From Fervidobacterium sp. (GTDB taxonomy: Bacteria > Thermotogota > Thermotogae > Thermotogales > Fervidobacteriaceae), in contig JBMFNR010000008.1 of the NCBI GenBank assembly GCA_049970055.1, positions 2,853 through 16,174 on the forward strand: DNA of 13,322 bases. Reading direction: 5' to 3'. Below, in pieces: positions 8,034-13,322 of the stretch. Numbering within the stretch: position 1 is the stretch's first letter; the number at the start of each line of letters is the position of its first letter. The notes beneath the pieces are model-generated. The model searched no databases. It was not told the origin of the DNA and saw only the letters and a program-made list of their open reading frames with translations. A program made the translations under genes and the position numbers.

Positions 8034-8306
8034 TCAGTCTTCATCTTTGTTTGCCCAACTACATCCACTTCGTTTGGCAATATTTTTTGCCTTCTGAGAA
8101 ACTTCCGTGTACCCGTTCATAATTGCTCTACGATAGGCAGCAAGCAGTCCAGCACACGAAATCTTCCACTCGCCATTCACATATTTTTTGTACGGGTACT
8201 TCTTCTGTGATGGCAACAAGAACGCATGTGCTGGCATCTCTTGACGTTTATTACTACCTATCGGTGGTGGATTCCAACTTTTATCATTCTTCATCACATC
8301 TGCCAT
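8034..8306 (-). CDS. Small basic head-region protein, 90 aa (motif reminiscent of DUF6582-like proteins)
   Basis: SD GGGGGTGG, 4-nt spacer, ATG. Motif R.EMP..AFL.P..KKYPY...G....GL.AA..RA. The family resemblance is from memory and unverified. Confidence 0.7.
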   Translation of the reverse strand: MADVMKNDKSWNPPPIGSNKRQEMPAHAFLLPSQKKYPYKKYVNGEWKISCAGLLAAYRRAIMNGYTEVSQKAKNIAKRSGCSWANKDED

Positions 8307-8317
8307 TGTTCCACCCC

Positions 8318-9007
8318 CTACACGCCTTTTGGTAGGAAGAGACTATCACAACCGTAGTGTGGATTTAAGAAAGTACCACGACTATCAGTTACTATCTTTT
8401 CGCCTTGGAATTCTGTAGCATTCCTTCTGAACAAGTCAAGTATCACACTAAATTGCTGTTTCTTGAACAGTTTCTTTCTAAGCTTGCAGACATCTGTATG
8501 GAAATCACCTTTTGTCAGCGGAACATAGACAATCTCAAAATCTTTGTTCGTCTCTTCGTACAATTCTATCATAACCACGAACACAAACCAGCGGATAAGA
8601 GCCAACAATCTTGCTGAAAAGTAGTGCCACACAAGTTTTTCAACCTGCTTACTACATTTCTCTAAGAGTTCTGAAAAATCCTTTGCTGGCATGTCTGGTG
8701 CAACCTGTGTTTTGTAAAACGCAACAGTCTGTCTGAATTCACCAAGGAAGTTCTGGAATTGAACACTCAAATTCATATGCATAGCATCCATCAAATCCAG
8801 TGTTGCGCCATTCTGCTTGATCTGTTTCGAAATAGTGTACAAATCCTTTTCTAACTGCAACTGAGCGTTCTGAACTTCCGTGCTTAGCTGGGTCGAGATG
8901 ATTGATGAGTTGAAATTGCTGAATTCACTAACAACATCTCGATGTGAAGCGTGTGAAATTCTATCAAGTGTTCGGAAATAAGCACGCTTCAGCTCTTCAC
9001 GTATCAT
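8318..9007 (-). CDS. Minor head/head morphogenesis protein (divergent SPP1 gp7 / Mu F-like), 229 aa
   Basis: ATGA overlap with the portal stop (9004-9007). Helical N-terminal part. C-terminal DFHTDVC...NPHYGCDS resembles the D.RT...C...P.HPNCRC metal-binding motif of this family. Located right after the portal gene. Confidence 0.62.
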   Translation of the reverse strand: MIREELKRAYFRTLDRISHASHRDVVSEFSNFNSSIISTQLSTEVQNAQLQLEKDLYTISKQIKQNGATLDLMDAMHMNLSVQFQNFLGEFRQTVAFYKTQVAPDMPAKDFSELLEKCSKQVEKLVWHYFSARLLALIRWFVFVVMIELYEETNKDFEIVYVPLTKGDFHTDVCKLRKKLFKKQQFSVILDLFRRNATEFQGEKIVTDSRGTFLNPHYGCDSLFLPKGV

Positions 9008-10290
9008 CGCCAATCCTCTCCTTCACGCTGTTCTGTCTTGCCGGGATTACCTTTCTTGCCTTTAGGCAGTTCGAAATTCGGAATAGCAAACCTCAAATCA
9101 CCTTCATTCTGCATTCTATCACGTTCGGTTTCCCAATCAAGACCAAGCTGTTCAGCTATTGTTCTTCTTGAAACAACACCAAGATTGTAAAGCAGTGTGT
9201 ACTTTTGAATTTCTTCAAACGTGTCAGGCGGTATAATTTCGCTTGTAACGATTTCAAAATCAGGCTCAAACCCAAGATAGAGAGCTATCAAGCTCAATCC
9301 CTCGTGCAACGCTGTGAAAAGATTAACCCTGAACGCTTGAATTTTCTTGACAAGCTTCAGAAGTTTCAACTTTAGCGCATAACCAGTGCTTTCTTTAACA
9401 TTACTGAACACAAGTTCTGGGAATCTTGAACGGAAGTAATCTTCCAACTTCTCGATTTTCTTCAGCATCGACGGTATGATGTCGCCTTGATATTCAAGTA
9501 TCTTGACCTCAGCATTTTCGGAAACAGACCAGACGTTATCGTCTTCTCTTAAACCGTCCTTGCTCTTGACACCAGAAAGTATCAACCTTGGCTGTGCATA
9601 AACATTCTCTATTGATGCAATACGTGAGTATGTGCTGTTAATTTCATCAACCGTTGCATAGGCTCTTTCTATCTCGCTCTCACCCAAGAACTTGTATTTG
9701 AGCGATGGAATGAGTATCGCATGGATAAGCCACATTCTGCCGTATGTGTTGTCAACCGACTTAACGCGCTTATCGTTGACATAGATTTCTACCTTGTCGG
9801 TTGAGTAGTATTCTTTTACATGTGCTACGCTACCATCCACAAGATAGGCATCATATTCAAGTTGCCAAGCTGTTATTTTGTCTATATCGCTTTCATAGAA
9901 AATCGCTGTATTGTCGAGCCTAACAGCTGTAAGTGTAGGATTGCCGTCATCATCGATAGCAAACTTCAAGAACGTGTCACCTGTGATTAACGCTTGCAAA
10001 ACAAATAGACTGAACATATTCTGGAAGTCTCTTGAACGGATGTAGTTGTTCAATAACTGCTCAAGTTTTGCGTCTTTGCTTCTGATATGAAAACCAGTGC
10101 CGATGATTAAGTTGTAGTCTGTCTCAATTATCTCCTGAATGTAATCCGTTATCATCCTCGTAAGCGCTACAACGTTTTTGTTCTTGTCGAGCTTATAGAA
10201 AAGATTGTTCCTTCGGCAATAATCTGGCGTGTACCTGTCAAAATACAACCGCATCAAGTAAGCATAGTTCTTTTCAACTGCCCTCAACAT
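9004..10290 (-). CDS. Portal protein (SPP1 gp6-like), 428 aa
   Basis: Follows terL. Motifs ALITGDTFLK, FLGESEIE, DEIN, ESTGYALKLKL, GVVSRRTIAEQL...ERDRMQNE. SD AAGGAGGAGG. Confidence 0.92.
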   Translation of the reverse strand: MLRAVEKNYAYLMRLYFDRYTPDYCRRNNLFYKLDKNKNVVALTRMITDYIQEIIETDYNLIIGTGFHIRSKDAKLEQLLNNYIRSRDFQNMFSLFVLQALITGDTFLKFAIDDDGNPTLTAVRLDNTAIFYESDIDKITAWQLEYDAYLVDGSVAHVKEYYSTDKVEIYVNDKRVKSVDNTYGRMWLIHAILIPSLKYKFLGESEIERAYATVDEINSTYSRIASIENVYAQPRLILSGVKSKDGLREDDNVWSVSENAEVKILEYQGDIIPSMLKKIEKLEDYFRSRFPELVFSNVKESTGYALKLKLLKLVKKIQAFRVNLFTALHEGLSLIALYLGFEPDFEIVTSEIIPPDTFEEIQKYTLLYNLGVVSRRTIAEQLGLDWETERDRMQNEGDLRFAIPNFELPKGKKGNPGKTEQREGEDWR

Positions 10291-10302
10291 AGAACCTCCT
10301 CC

Positions 10303-11649
10303 TTAGAAGTTTATTGAGAAGCTTCCTTCATAGCTTCCCTCGTGTACTTCCCAGCAGGCTAAAGCTAAAGCAATTACCATATCGTCGTGAAAATTTTTCG
10401 GTGCGCTCATTTTAATTGACCTGCCAGTATCAGTGTATTTGAAAAACCTTAATTCATCCCTCAGTAAATGTTCAGATGGCGGTAACTTCAATTTCTCTTG
10501 TGACATCAACAATTGCAGGTTCTCAATCAATTCAACCTTACTCCTTGAAGACAAAGTAATCGGAATGGCGCTCGGTATCTTCTCAGCAATTGGTCTTCCA
10601 ACTGTTGTAGCATCCACGTAAACTGGCGCTCTACCAAGCTTCAAATCAGGATTCTCGGAATACTTCATTGCCAACTCGTTTGCAACACTAATGATTTCAT
10701 CGTAAGTTGTGTCGTTAAAGCGTACAACTTCAGCAATACGATAAGGCTCTCGTGTAACATCCAGCACTATAAAAACAGTATAGTCAGTAACCTGAGCAAT
10801 GTCAAGACCAATTGTATACCTATGCCCCGGAATATAACCAGTCGGTTCATAATCGTCGTCAAAAGCCTTCTTCAACAGCGCCCATGGGAAAACAGACTTA
10901 GAGTCGTCAGCAAATTCAGCTAAGTATTCCTGCGCAAAGACATGCTCTGGTAATTTTTCCCTCTGCTTCTCAATTTCATCACGGTCAATAAACGGATTAT
11001 CGTAAACTGTCGCATGAAAGCTTCTGATATACACATTATTCTCTCGCACACCTTCTTGGTAGAGCTTGAAAAAGAAGTTGCGGGCGTAAGGTGTCGACTC
11101 GAGAAAAATTTTCGCTTTCGTATCCAACCTCATCGGCATGATAACATTCTCGAACACATCATCATCGACAAACGCAGCTTCTGTAACAAATATGGCATGC
11201 ACCTTTCTTCCTCGCAGATACCTACCACCACGTGCCGTAGAACGAACAAGCAACTTCGAACCATTAACCAATGTCAGTTCTGGAAACGGTGCATTTCTAA
11301 CCTCGGCGACAAACTGTCTTAGGGGATGCACACCTTCTTCGGTCACTGGATTCTTCTCAAGCGCTCCGAGAATAAGGTCAAAATAAATTCTCGCTTGGTC
11401 AATGGATGGTGCGGTTATCAGAACAGTTGCACCTTTGTTCAACAAAGCAAACTGGAAGGCTTTGGCTGACATATATGTCGTTTTGCCAAAGCGTCTCCCA
11501 GCGACAACAACATTGATTTCGCTGTTCATTCTCAACAATTCCTCGTGCTTAGCGCCTAATTGCTTGTATCCGAATAAGAGTTTCGCAAAAGCAACTGGAT
11601 CTTTCAAGACACTTGCTACCGAACGCACAAGTGCCTTACTCACCTTCAT
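10303..11649 (-). CDS. terL: Terminase large subunit, 448 aa
   Basis: Walker A VAGRRFGKTT, AP.IDQA motif, Walker B-position AIFVTEAAF, coupling motif ESTP, DNPFI, QEYLAEF, and RNase H-like nuclease residues IGLDIA..TDYT, VDAT and HDDMVIALALA. Confidence 0.97.
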   Translation of the reverse strand: MKVSKALVRSVASVLKDPVAFAKLLFGYKQLGAKHEELLRMNSEINVVVAGRRFGKTTYMSAKAFQFALLNKGATVLITAPSIDQARIYFDLILGALEKNPVTEEGVHPLRQFVAEVRNAPFPELTLVNGSKLLVRSTARGGRYLRGRKVHAIFVTEAAFVDDDVFENVIMPMRLDTKAKIFLESTPYARNFFFKLYQEGVRENNVYIRSFHATVYDNPFIDRDEIEKQREKLPEHVFAQEYLAEFADDSKSVFPWALLKKAFDDDYEPTGYIPGHRYTIGLDIAQVTDYTVFIVLDVTREPYRIAEVVRFNDTTYDEIISVANELAMKYSENPDLKLGRAPVYVDATTVGRPIAEKIPSAIPITLSSRSKVELIENLQLLMSQEKLKLPPSEHLLRDELRFFKYTDTGRSIKMSAPKNFHDDMVIALALACWEVHEGSYEGSFSINF

Positions 11650-12196
11650 TCAACTCCTTTATCGCACGCATTAGCTCTTTCATTAAATCAGTCTCTTCGT
11701 TCTGTAACTGCTTGAATTCCTCAGACGTAGCTAACCTCGTCTCGGATGTAGAAACATCGTACAACTCAGTCAACGCTTTAATATAGTCTGGTCGTATCTC
11801 AGCCCATCTTCCTGTTGTAAGTAGCTCGTCCAGTATTTTCCTGACTTTCACAGCAAGTATCTGGTTTTCAATCCTCTCACGTCTAAGAGCTTCAGACCTT
11901 GGAAGATTCTTGAGTTCCTCTATGTCAATCTCAATTTCTTGGAGAGCGTTCTTAATGTAGTCGACCTTTCTGTGATGGTTGTGAAAGGAGATTTCTTGGA
12001 GTGCTAAATTGATGTCGAATTCTTCTTTGATTACCTTCTTGATTTCGCGGTATGTGACATTGGCATCTAAGAGCTTATCCACAACGGGAGTAAGCTCTGG
12101 ATTTTCACATATTCGACATTTGTGTTCAAGACTGAATTTCTCATCATTTGTCACAAACGCTTTCGTGTCCTCAGGATTATAATTCTTTCTCGGCAT
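11636..12196 (-). CDS. terS: Terminase small subunit (putative), 186 aa (start ATG 12196)
   Basis: SD GGGGGGTGA, 5-nt spacer, ATG CCG AGA. Overlaps the terL start. N-terminal CRIC...HTH-like...HNHH domain followed by a helical coiled region. Function inferred from position and architecture. Confidence 0.72.
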   Translation of the reverse strand: MPRKNYNPEDTKAFVTNDEKFSLEHKCRICENPELTPVVDKLLDANVTYREIKKVIKEEFDINLALQEISFHNHHRKVDYIKNALQEIEIDIEELKNLPRSEALRRERIENQILAVKVRKILDELLTTGRWAEIRPDYIKALTELYDVSTSETRLATSEEFKQLQNEETDLMKELMRAIKELNEGE

Positions 12197-12222
12197 CTTT
12201 ATCACCCCCCTATTTCAACTGT

Positions 12223-12250
12223 ATTTTAACACAACTTGTATTTTTTGCAA
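12223..12250 (-). promoter_or_regulatory. terS-proximal promoter P3
   Basis: TTGCAA (12245-12250), 16-nt spacer, TAAAAT (12223-12228) with TGn extended -10, just upstream of the terS SD. Confidence 0.55.
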
Positions 12251-12251
12251 C

Positions 12252-12280
12252 ATTATACCACGTCTAACTTCATGGTGCTG
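12252..12280 (-). promoter_or_regulatory. Extended -10 promoter P2 lacking a consensus -35
   Basis: TGG-TATAAT at 12252-12260. The expected -35 position (12275-12280) reads CAGCAC. Confidence 0.55.
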
Positions 12281-12312
12281 TAACAAAAAACTTATTCTGC
12301 CACATCCTCCTA

Positions 12313-12361
12313 ACAAAAAAGTCCCCAAGGAAAAGAAGGATGGGGAAAACTTCCTTGGGGA
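12313..12361 (-). terminator. Promoter-proximal intrinsic terminator/attenuator
   Basis: Perfect 11-bp inverted repeat tccccaaggaa (12322-12332) / ttccttgggga (12351-12361) with an 18-nt loop, followed on the minus strand by CTTTTTTGTT. Confidence 0.7.
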
Positions 12362-12389
12362 AAATGCTTCTGTTAAACTGTCTGTATAT

Positions 12390-12418
12390 ATTTTACCACG
12401 TGTATTTTTTCTTGTCAA
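12390..12418 (-). promoter_or_regulatory. Strong sigma70-type promoter P1
   Basis: TTGACA (12413-12418), 17-nt spacer, TAAAAT (12390-12395) with TGG extended -10 and an A-rich upstream (UP-like) stretch. Confidence 0.85.
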
Positions 12419-12459
12419 GTGTTTTTCTTTTTCTCACATATCCCTATGCACTGCTATTC

Positions 12460-12682
12460 CCCTAAATGCTTTATTATGACCCATGCAGGTATATATACGA
12501 ATTATTTTTTTCTCACACGTGTATTACGTGTATTACGTGTATGTTTTATAGTAACCCATGTAAGTATTTACTTGTTTTTTATTTTTTTACTCATGTACGT
12601 GTATATAAATACATGCACGTGTATATAAAAAAAATAAAAAACCTGTATATACTAACTACAGGTTTTTATAAAGCATTTAGGG
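12460..12682. repeat. 223-bp segment bounded by 15-bp perfect inverted repeats, with internal direct and inverted repeats
   Basis: ccctaaatgctttat (12460-12474) is the exact reverse complement of ataaagcatttaggg (12668-12682). ACGTGTAT occurs inside at 12517, 12526, 12535, 12597 and 12617. Confidence 0.9.
12636..12667. terminator. Hairpin flanked by A/T tracts, possible bidirectional terminator
   Basis: aaaaacctgta...tacaggttttt, an 11-bp inverted repeat. On the minus strand it is followed by a long T-rich run. The stem is AT-rich, so it would be weak. Confidence 0.45.
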
Positions 12683-12776
12683 AGTAACAAGACATGAGTA
12701 TAAATATTTTTTATTTAAAACCAGACTACAGGAAATAATAAAACATACAGGTAATAAAAAAACATGAGAAAAGAGT

Positions 12777-12809
12777 AAAAAATAAAAAATAAAAAATAAA
12801 AAAATAAAA
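12777..12809. repeat. A-tract array (A5-A7 runs separated by single T)
   Basis: aaaaaataaaaaataaaaaataaaaaaataaaa read directly from the sequence. Confidence 0.85.
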
Positions 12810-12820
12810 GCTGGAATATA

Positions 12821-13037
12821 CTTTTTTCTCTCTCTGCTCTCTCTGTGTATTCTTTCTGTTTTCTCTGTTCTTTCTCTGTTTTCTCTGCTCTCTGTGTTCT
12901 TTCTCTGTGTTTTTTCTGTTTTTTTCTCTGTTCTCTCTCTGTTCTCTCTGTGTATTCTCTCTGTGTGTTCTCTCTGTGTTCTTTTTCTGTTCTCTCTGTT
13001 TTCTCTCTGTTCTCTCTCTCTCTCTGCTCTCCCCCCC
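12821..13037. repeat. Strand-biased degenerate tandem array of 18 TCTG-ending units (CAGA(GA)n-like on the minus strand)
   Basis: Only two A residues (12849, 12954) in 217 plus-strand nt. TCTG ends at 12836, 12845, 12858, 12867, 12878, 12887, 12894, 12907, 12918, 12930, 12941, 12950, 12963, 12976, 12989, 12998, 13009 and 13026. Confidence 0.95.
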
Positions 13038-13043
13038 GGGAGA

Positions 13044-13072
13044 ATTATACACACTTTTTGCATATTTGTCAA
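13044..13072 (-). promoter_or_regulatory. Perfect-consensus sigma70-type promoter P0 pointing into the repeat array
   Basis: TTGACA (13067-13072), 17-nt spacer, TATAAT (13044-13049). Predicted start near 13037, at the first G of the purine tract. Confidence 0.88.
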
Positions 13073-13081
13073 GAGCATAAC

Positions 13082-13103
13082 GTTGTAATTTTTTTGTTAC
13101 AAC
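13082..13103. promoter_or_regulatory. Palindromic operator-like site
   Basis: GTTGTAA-N8-TTACAAC, about 10 nt upstream of the P0 -35 box. A 15/16 inverted copy of its core lies at 12279-12294. Confidence 0.55.
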
Positions 13104-13233
13104 AATATTACGCTATCTGAGATTTAGTATTCATCGCAGTTAGAAGAATTTTCGTATTTCATGTCAGGTTTTAAAAATTTTTGCGTTTTATATATTGCCG
13201 AAAGGCAGAACTTTTGAGTTGTGGGTAGATAGT

Positions 13234-13322
13234 ATGCTGAGGGAGTTGTTGTTTGATTACCTGAGCTACAGCCACAACATAGAGCAACCTGTTAATTTTG
13301 GTACAAAACGTTTGAAGACAAA
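13234..13322 (+). CDS. Possible start of a divergently transcribed gene (partial)
   Basis: ATG at 13234 stays open to the window end (MLRELLFDYLSYSHNIEQPVNFGTKRLKT...). Base composition returns to coding-like, but the SD is weak (GTGGGTAG) and only 29 codons are visible. Confidence 0.35.
   Translation, partial: MLRELLFDYLSYSHNIEQPVNFGTKRLKT

Noticed and set aside
447..11674. The many plus-strand ORFs and short alternative-frame minus-strand ORFs in the track (e.g. 903-1349, 1525-1725, 6875-7351, 4027-4224, 7128-7325)
   Set aside because: They are antisense or out-of-frame shadows of well-supported minus-strand genes. The Pro-rich 1525-1725 ORF is just the reverse of the TMP Gly linker.
12215..12687. 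ORFs 12215-12418, 12419-12628 and 12466-12687
   Set aside because: The first 'starts' at the TTG of the P1 -35 box. All overlap promoters, hairpins and repeats, lack SD sequences and have non-protein-like composition.
12206..13110. CRISPR array or mini-array
   Set aside because: There are no constant 25-40 nt repeats separated by unique spacers. The repeats are short, degenerate or low-complexity.
12677..13120. ORFs crossing the repeat array (12677-13078, 12726-13052, 12845-13120, 12894-13088)
   Set aside because: They stay open only because the tract lacks T on one strand and A on the other. The products are low-complexity, there are no SD sequences, and the minus-strand starts lie within or upstream of the P0 promoter.
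1..13322. Host assignment and prophage-versus-free-phage status
   Set aside because: Strong GGAGGTG SD sequences and consensus sigma70 promoters fit several phyla (e.g. Bacillota, Thermotogota). No integrase, att site or host gene is in the window, so neither question can be decided.

Overview
The window holds a tailed-phage (or prophage) virion morphogenesis operon read entirely on the minus strand. From right to left it runs: small terminase, large terminase, portal, minor head protein, a small basic protein, scaffold, major capsid protein, a 51-aa ORF missing from the ORF track, head-tail adaptor, neck protein, tail terminator, two tail-tube-like genes, two tail-assembly-chaperone-like genes, and the first 654 codons of the tape measure protein (also missing from the track, cut by the left edge). 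No tail sheath gene is visible, so the tail is probably non-contractile. Upstream of terS lies about 1 kb of highly organised non-coding DNA (12206-13230). It contains four leftward sigma70-type promoters, a promoter-proximal terminator, a 223-bp segment bounded by 15-bp perfect inverted repeats and full of ACGTGTAT motifs, an A-tract array, and a 217-bp pyrimidine/purine strand-biased array of 18 TCTG units directly downstream of a perfect TTGACA-17-TATAAT promoter. The most unusual points are (i) this promoter-driven purine-rich repeat with its neighbouring structured region and (ii) a tail chaperone module that appears to use gene duplication, a terminator and a non-canonical ACG start in place of the usual G/GT frameshift. 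All protein assignments come from motifs read by eye and from gene order; no searches were run.
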